DNA of 64,000 bases, from positions 540-64,539 of IMG/VR virus record IMGVR_UViG_3300022178_002326; one strand, given 5' to 3'. This DNA is from a virus (Duplodnaviria > Caudoviricetes). The notes under the pieces are model-generated. The model was not told the DNA's origin. It saw only the letters and a list, made by a program, of their open reading frames with translations, and made no database searches. The first letter of the stretch is position 1; every line of letters begins with the position of its first letter. Below, in pieces: positions 37,981 through 48,472 of this stretch. A program made the translations under genes and the position numbers.

Positions 37981-39092
37981 TGATTACTCAAGGATTTGGA
38001 GAAGTATTAACTGATGCTCTTACGGTGAACCCTGCACTTGCTGACCTTCCTTCAGCAAGTGCAATACTGGACACCTCTAACTACACTTTCCAAGCTATAA
38101 CCTATGGAAAAGATGCAGACGGGTTTAGAGGTTTTCATTCACACGCAATTATAAACAATGCTGCAACAGGGTGGGTTAATGGTGCTATTTCAAACGGAGC
38201 GTCCTCTTACGACGGCCAGCTTTTTGGTGTTATAAACTACGCTTATCCTGCAACCGGAATTGCTGGTACTGTAAGTTCTTATGTTACTTCAGCTACTTAT
38301 GTTGAATTTTCCTCGACGTATAACTCAGTACCTAATTATCCAAGTATATCAGATACTCGATTAGAAAGAGGCTCTACCTTAAACACTCCTGTATCTTCAT
38401 TCTATATCCCCAGTGCATTACCAGACTTAGGCCACTATCCTAATGCTGCTGTAGATCCTCAACTAAGTAGTATTTGGAATAAAGTAGGAGGATATCCCGT
38501 CTCTGGAAACACTAAGTATGACTTTTATTACGGAGGCGGAGGAGGTTTAATTCCGTTATTTAGTGGTACTCTTAGTAGCTATTATAATGCTAATTCCCTG
38601 TTAGATAAAGACGGATACTTAACCATGAATCCTTCAGGATTAGGTCCTTCCGGGCCTGCTTCTAGGTATGATAACGGACCTATTTTAGTTAGTGCTGCTA
38701 CCGAAGGGTTTAATGAGTTAATAGGGGTTCCTGTACACCCTTCTGGGGGTCTTATAAAGTTGTGTTCCACCATTAGAAATGGTGACGCAGTGAGCCTAGC
38801 TGCTTTCGGAGGAGTTAAACACATAGGGGTTTATTGCATGGATGTTAAGAAGATGCTATCAGAAGGATTATTACCGCCTTATAAATGGGATGCCCTAAAT
38901 AATATTAGAAAATATAAACTCGTGGCAAAAGTAACCACTATACATGATCCTTTGATGCATAGAGACTGTGTTATATTGTCGGGTTTGCAAGATTTACTTA
39001 ATGTAGGAACATCGGTAAGTTTTGGTACAACAATATATCATTATCTCGACCAAGCAGGACCTCTCGTTTCTATAATATTTGATTTTAAATAA
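37980..39092 (+). CDS. baseplate-associated structural protein
   Basis: G/S/Y/A-rich ORF translationally coupled within the baseplate operon. Confidence 0.55.
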   Translation: MITQGFGEVLTDALTVNPALADLPSASAILDTSNYTFQAITYGKDADGFRGFHSHAIINNAATGWVNGAISNGASSYDGQLFGVINYAYPATGIAGTVSSYVTSATYVEFSSTYNSVPNYPSISDTRLERGSTLNTPVSSFYIPSALPDLGHYPNAAVDPQLSSIWNKVGGYPVSGNTKYDFYYGGGGGLIPLFSGTLSSYYNANSLLDKDGYLTMNPSGLGPSGPASRYDNGPILVSAATEGFNELIGVPVHPSGGLIKLCSTIRNGDAVSLAAFGGVKHIGVYCMDVKKMLSEGLLPPYKWDALNNIRKYKLVAKVTTIHDPLMHRDCVILSGLQDLLNVGTSVSFGTTIYHYLDQAGPLVSIIFDFK

Positions 39093-39093
39093 T

Positions 39094-39711
39094 ATGAATA
39101 AATCACTATCAAGTCAATTGGGTATTAAAGGTCATCTCACTATCCACAAGGTAAAGGATGATCAGGAAGAGCTACTTTATGACGAAGATAATGTCATTGT
39201 ATCGGGCTTCGGATGGGCGTTAGCTCATCTTTACGGTAGAGTGGGATCAGACACCATTACTGATTACCAAATCGACAGGTTCAAGTTAGGTGTTAGCGGA
39301 TCTGAAGCACTTCAGGTAAGCTCCACCTCCGATCTTTCTGGATCCCTATCTTCTGCTGCGGAATACACCTCTACTGGTGATAGCAACCTAGCTGCCGTAT
39401 CAGGGTATCAATGGCAAAACAATGACGCTCCGGCCACTGCAAGATGGTATGCTAAGATACCTTACAGCAAGGTTACAAAGGTAGATGACAGGACTGTAAG
39501 GTATACTATATTCATTGATGAGGATTCTTGTAATAACCTTTCTAGACCAGGAGTCTCTGAGGCTAGTTTAAATGAAATTGGGTTGTTTGTAAAGAATCCA
39601 AAAGCAAGTTCACCTGAGACTTCTATTTTAGCAGCTTACAGGTACTTTAGCAATATTAGAAAAACATCAGATTTCGGTCTAGTGTTTAGATGGACAATAT
39701 CATTCGGATAA
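39094..39711 (+). CDS. baseplate/tail-fibre attachment (collar-like) protein
   Basis: EDNVIV..., LNEIGLF, ILAAYRYFSNIRKTSDFGLVFRWTISF pattern typical of gpH-N-like proteins. Confidence 0.75.
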   Translation: MNKSLSSQLGIKGHLTIHKVKDDQEELLYDEDNVIVSGFGWALAHLYGRVGSDTITDYQIDRFKLGVSGSEALQVSSTSDLSGSLSSAAEYTSTGDSNLAAVSGYQWQNNDAPATARWYAKIPYSKVTKVDDRTVRYTIFIDEDSCNNLSRPGVSEASLNEIGLFVKNPKASSPETSILAAYRYFSNIRKTSDFGLVFRWTISFG

Positions 39712-39712
39712 A

Positions 39713-42700
39713 ATGTTAAACCCAAGTGACGTGTATGTTGAAGGTGGCTCAGATAAGCTATTAGTCTGTTGGACTGATAAGGTTACGAAGTATGACGCTA
39801 GCTCCTTTTATAACTGGGAGCAAGACAACCTGCCTTTATATGATTTAGATGAGCGTACTCATTTAGCTTGGGAGAAGTTTGGTCACCCTACCTCAGCATT
39901 GACAGGCATGTCATTTATTGTATCCGCAGACGCTACAGACTCTTGCAACCCTTTGTACTTCACTACTCTTAGTGCTTGTGTGGCTGCGTTACCAGAGGTT
40001 ATTAATTATCCTATTCTTGTAGAAGTTGCAAGCTTTGGCAACCTAGGAGGTTTAGAGTTATCTAATAAGTCTTTTGGTCCTAGAGGTTCTATTGAAATTG
40101 TAAATAGAAACAGTTCTTTTGGATCGCCTACTACCGCTAGTGGTGCGGGTAGCAATAAGATGTCTTATGCTACTTTTGATTCGGATTATACAGATTACTC
40201 TTTAGTTTCTTCAATTAGCAATGGCAATACCGCTTCTATAGCTGCTGCTCTGACAGCGGGATCTGCATGTCCTCTGCTAGCTAACGATGCTCAGAATGCT
40301 AGACTTCTTACTAAGGGTAGTAATGGGGAAGAAATATTTATTTCTTCGGGTGTTTCACCTAGTTCGTATGCGGATGCTAGATTTGTAAATCCTTATGTAT
40401 TCTGTAAGAAAACCGATTTTAATGCCCCTTCTTTAGGTAGATTAACGGCTGCTCTTGCAAGCACTGAAGCCCCTTGGGATGTTGCGGCTACGAGTGTTAC
40501 TGTTGCTTCTAAATTTAAGTTTACTCCTTTTGATAAGGGTAGAACTGCTGAGAAAGATACTTATGACGTGAGCACCGTAAACCACTTATCTGGCGATGAG
40601 ATAAAATGGGGTGGCTTAAGTAACAACAGTCCTATGACTGCTTTTGCTTACTTTAATAGCCTAGATTATATTAAGGTTAACAATTGCAATGGTCCTGTCT
40701 ATATTAGAAATTTCAATGTGGATAGTCAACATGCGAAGGACAGGGGAATTGAAGTAAAAAACTCTAAGGTTAATTTAGAAAGATGTTCAGTCTCTAGAGC
40801 TAACAAGGCAGGATTACATGTAGATAGCTCTGAAGTTAATTTATTAAGAGGGTTTGTTTCATTTAGAAACTACGAATTAATTAACCTAGTGAGGACAGGT
40901 GTGCCTTTTGCAGACAAGAGAGAAAGCTACGCTAGTCAAGACTCTTACGGTGCAGGAATTTACGCAATTAATTCTATTGTAAATATACAGTCTACTTATT
41001 CTAGAGATATTGAAAAGTCTTCTCAAGCTTCGGCTGCTCCTTACTATGCTAATTGGGCAGCGGCAGCAGGAGCATCAGGCATTCCTCTTCCTTCCTTAGA
41101 AGCTATTTACTGCTTGTCTAGAAACGACATAGGCATCCATGCTGTCAACTCTACCTTAACAGGCGGAAGAACTGAGCTAAACGGAATTTCTCCTACCTCC
41201 TGGAATGACGCTATTGCATTAACTTCTGAGCTTAATACTGAAGCCGGTATACGATTAGAAAATAGTGTTGTAGATTATAGTGGTAGATTACTACTGGATG
41301 GAAATTATTTTGGTCTTGATTCTGCTAACTCAAAGGTTTTCGTCGATTCGGTAGCAGCTAGGTATAATCAAGCAACAGGATATAAGTTTGTAAATTCTGA
41401 GTTCGTATACAATAAAGATTTGTATGCCGGATATCTTATGGGAGTATCTCAGGAAGTAGGGATTGAGACACATTTACTTTCGCAAGTTTTAGGTGCTTCA
41501 AATAACAAGGATATAGAATGTTATAACTCAACCATATCTCCCTTGTATGCGAGTTCTATGCCTAGCCTTTATCAAGCGGTTTACACTGCTTCCTCTTTTG
41601 GCAAGTCTGATAAGACAGTAGGCAGCGATGGCACTGTCTTGCTTCCTTCTATTGAAGCTACTAATAACTCTAAATTAGATTTGATCGGTGCTCATATTGA
41701 TAGGTCCGAAATAGAAGATGATTTAACAGGAAATTCAGAAGCTTGCTACGGAGCAATGATTAAGGCAACCGACAATTCAACAGTTGTTTGTAGGGGAACT
41801 AAGCGATATGCTAACGTCATGTTGGGTCCTGATAGTAGGGCGAAGTCACATCCTTTAGCCGCCGTGTATGCTGGGAACAATTCTAAGGTAGCATTTCAAG
41901 GCCCTACTGTCATAGCTATGGTGGGTGTTGATGCTTTGGCTGAGGGGAACTCGATTATTGATTTCGGACCTCACAGAAATACTGAAAATGAATTACTAGT
42001 ATCCTCTTTTGATTTATCTTCTGACTCGTCAAACCATAGTAGAGTTGAACTGCACTCTGTAAGAGCATGTCTAGTCGCTAATCAACAATCTAAAATCAGT
42101 ATGACTGATTTAGGTAGTTATACTACTTTATATGAAAATAGTCCTAGCGTTAGTGGCCGAGATGATACTTACACTTATCTACTTAGCGATCAAAAAGAAC
42201 TTTGCGTAAGTGGTGGATGGATGCAGTTATATCCTAATGCAAACTTAAGCAGAAGCCCGACTCAAATTCCTTACAAGCCAGCAAACCTTCCCGCTAAAAC
42301 TGTAAGTGCAAGATATGCTTTTGCATCGGAAGCGAGTATTCTAGGGTACAGGTATCTAAACGCTTACGCCAGTCTTGACGCTACTCCTTCTGCTGTTACA
42401 ACAGGTGGAATGTCTGTAAGGGCGGTTGGAGATAGTTTAGTAGAGGCTACTAATGTTCACTTCCCTTGTGGATGGCCTAACTGCTCTGGTGTAGTATACG
42501 ACTTCGATGGTACGGCTCCTCTTCTGGGTCCTGTATGTAGCAGGTTGCACATTTGGAATATTGCCGATACTTCTTTACTGAAGGCTTCCTACTTATCTAT
42601 ATCGGGAGTTCATCCAGTTGATGCTCCTTATCACGGTCCTTCGGGAACTTGGAGTGATCACTATGGTGCCCCTAGTACAACTCCTGATACTAGCGGACTA

Positions 42701-43234
42701 TCTATTTTAGATTACTATGGAGTGAATACGGCTAATCCTTTCTTAGGCAGACCCTCTGTTCAAAATCTTGGAGCTTTCCGATTGTACTTCTCTGTTGACC
42801 CAGTTGCTAAATTCCTTGATGCTGCTGGAGGATCTTTGTCAGGAGTTATTCCTCAGGTATTCTCACAAGGCTATAGTTTTTCCGGTGCTGTATCAGCCAC
42901 TGATAACCCTTTCTACGGAGCTAGCGCAAACTACACCTCTCTACTTAGAAAGAAACTTGTCAATGGTGTTGAAACTAATACTTGGGTGGCTTCTGGATTT
43001 TACTATCCTTCTGAAATGGTATCAAATCCAGATACAACCTTGGTAATCGTAGATGATTCTGGGGCTAACGCATTTGCAAACGCGAAACATAATTCAGTTG
43101 ACAAATCCTTAATAGGAAAGCGTGTTAATATCTTCTACCCTACTAAGGGATTTGGAGGCGACTCTGATACTGTTTCACAATACGGACAAGGACTATTATC
43201 AGTTAATAACTTCGATCTTAAGAAGGATGACTAA
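39713..43234 (+). CDS. tail spike/fibre with parallel beta-helix (pectin-lyase-like) repeats
   Basis: Repeats such as GIEVKNSKVNLERCSVS, GLHVDSSEVNL, GIYAINSIV, GIRLENSVV. Confidence 0.75.
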   Translation: MLNPSDVYVEGGSDKLLVCWTDKVTKYDASSFYNWEQDNLPLYDLDERTHLAWEKFGHPTSALTGMSFIVSADATDSCNPLYFTTLSACVAALPEVINYPILVEVASFGNLGGLELSNKSFGPRGSIEIVNRNSSFGSPTTASGAGSNKMSYATFDSDYTDYSLVSSISNGNTASIAAALTAGSACPLLANDAQNARLLTKGSNGEEIFISSGVSPSSYADARFVNPYVFCKKTDFNAPSLGRLTAALASTEAPWDVAATSVTVASKFKFTPFDKGRTAEKDTYDVSTVNHLSGDEIKWGGLSNNSPMTAFAYFNSLDYIKVNNCNGPVYIRNFNVDSQHAKDRGIEVKNSKVNLERCSVSRANKAGLHVDSSEVNLLRGFVSFRNYELINLVRTGVPFADKRESYASQDSYGAGIYAINSIVNIQSTYSRDIEKSSQASAAPYYANWAAAAGASGIPLPSLEAIYCLSRNDIGIHAVNSTLTGGRTELNGISPTSWNDAIALTSELNTEAGIRLENSVVDYSGRLLLDGNYFGLDSANSKVFVDSVAARYNQATGYKFVNSEFVYNKDLYAGYLMGVSQEVGIETHLLSQVLGASNNKDIECYNSTISPLYASSMPSLYQAVYTASSFGKSDKTVGSDGTVLLPSIEATNNSKLDLIGAHIDRSEIEDDLTGNSEACYGAMIKATDNSTVVCRGTKRYANVMLGPDSRAKSHPLAAVYAGNNSKVAFQGPTVIAMVGVDALAEGNSIIDFGPHRNTENELLVSSFDLSSDSSNHSRVELHSVRACLVANQQSKISMTDLGSYTTLYENSPSVSGRDDTYTYLLSDQKELCVSGGWMQLYPNANLSRSPTQIPYKPANLPAKTVSARYAFASEASILGYRYLNAYASLDATPSAVTTGGMSVRAVGDSLVEATNVHFPCGWPNCSGVVYDFDGTAPLLGPVCSRLHIWNIADTSLLKASYLSISGVHPVDAPYHGPSGTWSDHYGAPSTTPDTSGLSILDYYGVNTANPFLGRPSVQNLGAFRLYFSVDPVAKFLDAAGGSLSGVIPQVFSQGYSFSGAVSATDNPFYGASANYTSLLRKKLVNGVETNTWVASGFYYPSEMVSNPDTTLVIVDDSGANAFANAKHNSVDKSLIGKRVNIFYPTKGFGGDSDTVSQYGQGLLSVNNFDLKKDD

Positions 43235-45804
43235 TGGCTACTAAATACTACGACACTAATTACACTTTTATCAACCCTGTTAGATACTTTAAGGCTAACG
43301 ATCCCTATTACTTTGAAGTTGACAACATTCCAATTAAGCAATTAGAAGAGAGTAACAATTTTTTAAAGGATCAGGTAGATGGTCTTCTAGATGAAGTTAA
43401 CAAGACTGAAGAAACCGCTGAGATTGATAGAAGTGGATTTAGCGAACTTAAACCTTACGTTGTAGGTAATGACAGGGTAGTAAGGGTAAAGCCTGGACGT
43501 TACACTTCTCGTATAAATAACGCTTACTCCTTAACACCCTTGCAAGTTGTCGATCAAGTGTTCGGGTTAGGTAATGCTGTAAGTGGAGAATCTAACACTT
43601 GGCAAACTGAGACCAATAGAGGTTCCTATGTATCAGGAATACTAAACGAGTTTACCAGAGGAAGAGAAGGTATTGCTTTAAATATGAATGGTCTTTTTGA
43701 AAGATCTTTTGTATGGCCTATTGACACTGAGGATGGAGAAAGCCTCACAACTCCTAATCTACTTAACGTAACCAATAATTTAGATTACGGGGGCAATTTA
43801 GCAAGGGATGATAAGCCTTTATACCCTAACGTCATTGGAGCGTTAATAAAGAGTATGACGGAGGATTTAACTAGAAATCTAACTCTTGTTAAGAATTTAT
43901 ATGCTCCTACTACCCCTCGTTTTGGAGGGCAACAAGGTAGAACTGAGTCTGAGTTTATAAAGAGATGGAGAGGAGCTATTAGAACTTCTGTTGTAGATGT
44001 TCCTGATGAGCTTCAAATAGAGATTCCTCCGTTTGTTGGTGATGACTTCTTTTACACTAATGAGGCAGGAGATAAAACTAATGTAGATTCTAATGTAAGA
44101 ATTGATTTAGTATTTATATATTCAAAAGCTGTCGATGAAGTGGATACTACCATCGCAAAGTTCGACTCTCTTGGAAATGTAGAGCCTCCTAAGACCACGC
44201 CGGTTCTGGGAGTTCTTAAAGGTGCTGGCCTAGGAGTATCTAAGAAAACTTCAATTAACAATCTGGGTACCGAAGACACAGTTGATTTAACTAGTTTAGA
44301 CGGTATGCCTTTAATGCTGGCTAACCCTGGTGATCAAACTGGAGATCACATAGGATTTACAACTTCTGCCATGGGAGTTATCAGAGGTTCATTCCCCTCC
44401 CCTGATGACTTACTTAACCTAGCTCCTGTTCTTTCTGAAAATTTAGAAACAGATTCTTATGCTTTGATAGGACAAACTATCCTGCCCGTAGCTTATATTT
44501 TAGTTGAAAAGGGTAGTGAGCTTGTGTCAAATGAATTTATTACCAAAGACCATGTTCTAGACATTAGACCCTTCTTTAGAACAACAGAGCTTGCATATAA
44601 CGAAAGAGCAGGACTTGCAGCGGCAACTCCTCAAATTTCTATAGCTAACCCTGTCGTGACGGAAGCTCATTTGGAGATGGCTAAATCAGAAATTTATAAT
44701 GATTTAAGGAGAGAGGTTGTAAATAATAACACTCCTCCTGGTGGTGATCCTGACCCAGATATTGAAACAGGTATCATAGCTGCGGGAGTAATTACTGGCG
44801 GGTTTGATTATGGTCCTGAGGGGGCTTTAATGCGTCAAAGAGCACGGCAAAACGCTACTCTTGAAGAAATGAAAACTAGTGTCATAGAAGAGTTCGGATA
44901 TTATCCTAACTCAGTAGAAGACAGGGCCATGTGGGATCATGCAAGGTGGTATTTAGACAACCAGGGAACTTTTGGATCGGAAGCAGCTACGGACTTTATT
45001 AATGTAGGAGATACTACATTTGTACGCCACGGGAACCCAATCGCTGAACAGATGCCTCCCTGGAATGGTACGAAGAAGAATGGTTTCTCGTCTAATCCTA
45101 ATTTTAACGGTAATCTAGGTAACATGGGATGGGGTAAAGCGTTTAGATACCATAATCATAGGGGCGGTGGTCAAGACCTTAATTCAAGATTCAAACATAA
45201 TGAAGTATTCTTTGTTTCAAAAAGAATTAATATGCCTGCTAATCCTGCATCTAACTACCATGTTAATGTTAACTTTTTAAACTGTGTACCTCTAACAGAT
45301 TTAGGATCAAGAATGGGTGAGAATCAAACTCATCAACAACCAGCAGGAATATGGGTTGTAAAGCATCCTAAGTATTTTATAATAAATGTTGCTTGGCCTA
45401 ATGATGGGCTGTTTTCTAGGTTATATAACGGTGACGAGTATGACCCCACAGACGCAGGCAAGCCCTGGAAGAGCAGAGATTCTGCTAGGCAGTATAGCGG
45501 GTTTATGCTTCCTTCTTTTGATTCGTCTCTCAATAACCTAGACGATTCTTACGACTATTATCTTTCTGTACTTCAGGATGATGTAATAAGTAACCAGACA
45601 GCAGACTATGAGGGGATGTTTAAACAGTCTAATATCGACACTAGCGACATTGAAAAGTACAACGCCATAACTCCTATTCTATACCCATCGGTTACTTGGG
45701 AAGTTATAGCATTGTCTAATAGCATGTACGCAAGAGGAATGGGGCCATCCGAAGAAGTTTCTACTTTAAGTATCAGAAACGGAAACTCTTACATTAATTT
45801 CTAA
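43234..45804 (+). CDS. tail fibre/receptor-binding-like structural protein
   Basis: N-terminal DNIPIKQLEE..NFLK fibre-attachment-like motif; coupled to the previous gene. Confidence 0.55.
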   Translation: MATKYYDTNYTFINPVRYFKANDPYYFEVDNIPIKQLEESNNFLKDQVDGLLDEVNKTEETAEIDRSGFSELKPYVVGNDRVVRVKPGRYTSRINNAYSLTPLQVVDQVFGLGNAVSGESNTWQTETNRGSYVSGILNEFTRGREGIALNMNGLFERSFVWPIDTEDGESLTTPNLLNVTNNLDYGGNLARDDKPLYPNVIGALIKSMTEDLTRNLTLVKNLYAPTTPRFGGQQGRTESEFIKRWRGAIRTSVVDVPDELQIEIPPFVGDDFFYTNEAGDKTNVDSNVRIDLVFIYSKAVDEVDTTIAKFDSLGNVEPPKTTPVLGVLKGAGLGVSKKTSINNLGTEDTVDLTSLDGMPLMLANPGDQTGDHIGFTTSAMGVIRGSFPSPDDLLNLAPVLSENLETDSYALIGQTILPVAYILVEKGSELVSNEFITKDHVLDIRPFFRTTELAYNERAGLAAATPQISIANPVVTEAHLEMAKSEIYNDLRREVVNNNTPPGGDPDPDIETGIIAAGVITGGFDYGPEGALMRQRARQNATLEEMKTSVIEEFGYYPNSVEDRAMWDHARWYLDNQGTFGSEAATDFINVGDTTFVRHGNPIAEQMPPWNGTKKNGFSSNPNFNGNLGNMGWGKAFRYHNHRGGGQDLNSRFKHNEVFFVSKRINMPANPASNYHVNVNFLNCVPLTDLGSRMGENQTHQQPAGIWVVKHPKYFIINVAWPNDGLFSRLYNGDEYDPTDAGKPWKSRDSARQYSGFMLPSFDSSLNNLDDSYDYYLSVLQDDVISNQTADYEGMFKQSNIDTSDIEKYNAITPILYPSVTWEVIALSNSMYARGMGPSEEVSTLSIRNGNSYINF

Positions 45805-45814
45805 GCAGGATTAA

Positions 45815-48418
45815 GTGACGGGATTTAATTATTTAATATATAATGGATGTCGAACGGCAATCCTTCCCGGCTTTCAAAACCCTGTAGGGCCTTCTCAGCC
45901 GGGATCTAGCCCAGTCATTCTGGTGCCTTCAGAACCTAAGCCTGCATTCCCTGTTTTTATTCCCAACGGAGATCCTCCCGGCCCAGGAACTGGAGGTCCA
46001 ACCACTCCAAACCCTCAGTTCCCAGGACCTGGAGGACCGTCAACAGGAGGTCCAACCACAACAGGTCCAACGGGTCCGTCAACAGGAGGTCCCGCAGGTC
46101 CAACCACAACAGGTCCAACGGGTCCGTCAACAGGAGGTCCCGCAGGTCCAACCACAACAGGTCCAACGGGTCCGTCAACAGGAGGTCCTGCGAAAATGTA
46201 TCGATGCCAAGAGATTAGATTCATTTGTCCAGAAGATTTAGAGAGACCGTTAAGTCAACAAAGGGTAAGGTCAATTCTTCGTAATTGCGTCGAAGAGTTT
46301 CCTGGCCTAGGCCCAGGAGTTATTGCGTCAGGGATGCAAGGTAACGAAGGATATGTCATTGTCCTTGGAGGTCTTAAAACTCAACAGCAGTGTGCTCAGT
46401 CTTGTGTGCCTCCTCAATCGGTATTTTCTGTAACTTGTGGACCCTTAGGAGGCGGCGGCGGTGGAGGAGGAGGTTCTGAGCCTCCTCAGAATTATGTTAG
46501 ACAAACTTTATCCGAGATAGAGATTAATCAACAAAATCAAAACACTAGCAATGGAAACGAAATAAGTGTTGACAAATCTCTACTTCCCAGGTTCCAAGCA
46601 AACTTGTATAGTAATGTTTATACTCCTTCTCTTTATGATCCTCAGAAAAATTTCTTCAAGGTAGCTGTTACCACTGAAATAGAAAGCTCAGTCAATAACT
46701 CTTATAGAAATGTGTTTAGGCAGTCTGTGGCTAAGGAAGTTAATAGCTTACTTCGTTATCAAAGCACTATTAATAGAGAGTGGGAAGAGACCGCTATTCA
46801 AAATCTAACTGATGAAAAATTAATATTTAGCTTAAACTCTAACCTAGTAGAAGCTTTCAATAATCTTAGAGACATAACGGGTAAAGTTATTGGACTATCT
46901 TCTTTCTTAGAGGTTGTTAGAAAACATATTGTAACAGGAACTCTGAATGAGTTTAATCCTGAATATTACCTAAGAAGTTACCAGCTACAGAAGTCTAATA
47001 AATTTGTTAGCTTTGCTAAGTCTGAGAGTAAGAGTTCTAATGAATTATTCTCTCTACTGTATTTAAAAGATTCAGAATTCAACTTATCAAACACTCCTAG
47101 GCAAGGACAAAAGTTAATTGAAATGGGAAGGTTTAGATTTTTAAACGAAGATTTGAATGTTTCTCTGGGTATAACAAAAGAAGATGGTTCCAAGGTTGAC
47201 TTGTCTGTTCCAAACGAGGGGATACCCATAAACTTCTTGGCTAGTAAAAGTGCTTCAACTCCTCCTAGCGTTGGGTCTCCAGAATTACTAAACATAGGAG
47301 ACGGGGGCGGTTACTATTTTGCGTCAAGAGTTCTTGATGATAATCAAATCCCGGTAGCTACCTCAAACTCTTCTAAAACATCTTACTACGCTCCTGCTTC
47401 AGTGAGATCGGCCCTACTAGAGGTTGTTGATTCTAGCTTTGAATACACGATAAAAGCAAAGTCTTTAGTTAGTAAGAATGAATTTGTTAGCGGCGACACA
47501 GGAACAAGTGTTTTGGAGCCTTTGTACTTTGGAGCAAATTTAGCTTCTGTCTCTAGCTTTTCGTTTAACAACGGAACAGTAGAGTCTTATTCCTCCACCT
47601 ATTCTAGAATTACGGAACCGTCTAGTATTCAGCAGCATATAAATAACAACGCTCTTAGCATTCCTGAGGTGTACTTGGATTACAGAGACCCTCTATACAG
47701 ATACATTCTAGATGCTTCTTCTTTTGACATGGAGTCTAAAGATTTAAGTAATAAAGGATTTGAGTCTAACCCTGTTGTTTTAGGGGAAGATAACTTCGTA
47801 AAGAATATTCCATTTGCTTTTATAATTATTCCTAGTAGGGGTTCTAACTTCAATCCTTTCAATGGTAGGTCCACAGTGACTGAGATGTCGGATACTGTAA
47901 CTAGGGAGATTACTCTTAGACCCCCCATCAATACCTCAATTTCTAAGGAAAAAAGCAACAACTTTGAATTCTATAATCTTTATAATGATGACGGGTCTAA
48001 AAGAATAGGCTTCAATGAAGAAGAGGATTTCCATAACTTTGGGTATCGATATGTCCCTAGCAACTATTATAATTCATTTTATTCTGATGGATCGGTATCA
48101 ACCAGTTCTTCCCCTGTATCTTCTTATGGCTCCTCATATCTGGTGAAGGACGTATTGGATTTTATAAAAGACGAGCATAATCCATCCTCTATAGTATGGT
48201 TTGATGTGTTTAGCAGGATGCCCTTATCTAAGGTTGGTGAGCTAATGTATGACATGCCAGAGGGGTTTATGGACCTAATAGCAAACGGGTATAGGCACGG
48301 GATACATGTTAAAAATGCTCAAAGGTCATCGAATAACCCTGTATCTCTATTACCTAGCGATTCAAAGACTATAGTTAACAGTTCTAATAGAAAAGACTTA
48401 AGGTCAGTGGATCGTTAA
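45815..48418 (+). CDS. probable structural protein with N-terminal Gly/Pro/Thr tandem repeat
   Basis: GTG start with AGGA upstream; GPTTTGPTGPSTGGPA x3; Cys-rich segment; poly-Gly linker. Confidence 0.6.
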   Translation: MTGFNYLIYNGCRTAILPGFQNPVGPSQPGSSPVILVPSEPKPAFPVFIPNGDPPGPGTGGPTTPNPQFPGPGGPSTGGPTTTGPTGPSTGGPAGPTTTGPTGPSTGGPAGPTTTGPTGPSTGGPAKMYRCQEIRFICPEDLERPLSQQRVRSILRNCVEEFPGLGPGVIASGMQGNEGYVIVLGGLKTQQQCAQSCVPPQSVFSVTCGPLGGGGGGGGGSEPPQNYVRQTLSEIEINQQNQNTSNGNEISVDKSLLPRFQANLYSNVYTPSLYDPQKNFFKVAVTTEIESSVNNSYRNVFRQSVAKEVNSLLRYQSTINREWEETAIQNLTDEKLIFSLNSNLVEAFNNLRDITGKVIGLSSFLEVVRKHIVTGTLNEFNPEYYLRSYQLQKSNKFVSFAKSESKSSNELFSLLYLKDSEFNLSNTPRQGQKLIEMGRFRFLNEDLNVSLGITKEDGSKVDLSVPNEGIPINFLASKSASTPPSVGSPELLNIGDGGGYYFASRVLDDNQIPVATSNSSKTSYYAPASVRSALLEVVDSSFEYTIKAKSLVSKNEFVSGDTGTSVLEPLYFGANLASVSSFSFNNGTVESYSSTYSRITEPSSIQQHINNNALSIPEVYLDYRDPLYRYILDASSFDMESKDLSNKGFESNPVVLGEDNFVKNIPFAFIIIPSRGSNFNPFNGRSTVTEMSDTVTREITLRPPINTSISKEKSNNFEFYNLYNDDGSKRIGFNEEEDFHNFGYRYVPSNYYNSFYSDGSVSTSSSPVSSYGSSYLVKDVLDFIKDEHNPSSIVWFDVFSRMPLSKVGELMYDMPEGFMDLIANGYRHGIHVKNAQRSSNNPVSLLPSDSKTIVNSSNRKDLRSVDR
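46049..46192 (+). repeat. 3 x 48-bp in-frame tandem repeat
   Basis: Unit ggtccaaccacaacaggtccaacgggtccgtcaacaggaggtcccgca at 46049, 46097 and 46145; the third copy differs only in its last two codons. Confidence 0.95.
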
Positions 48419-48472
48419 TTTTATTACGCATATTTACGTGGAAACAATACATATATTTAACGGAGCTTTATT

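Noticed and set aside
17790-45804. Tail/baseplate cluster as a bacterial eCIS/T6SS
   Set aside because: Terminase, portal, protease and capsid genes are present in the same window, so this is a complete phage.
45843-45870. Out-of-frame ATG (MSNGN..., 45847) that would join the 867-aa frame by a +1 shift
   Set aside because: An in-frame GTG at 45815 with an AGGA Shine-Dalgarno explains the gene, and there is no clear slippery site. A one-base assembly error cannot be excluded without reads.
46049-46192. 48-bp repeats as a CRISPR array or DGR template/variable repeat
   Set aside because: Units are contiguous, in frame and spacer-free; no reverse transcriptase or adenine-specific mismatch pattern was seen.
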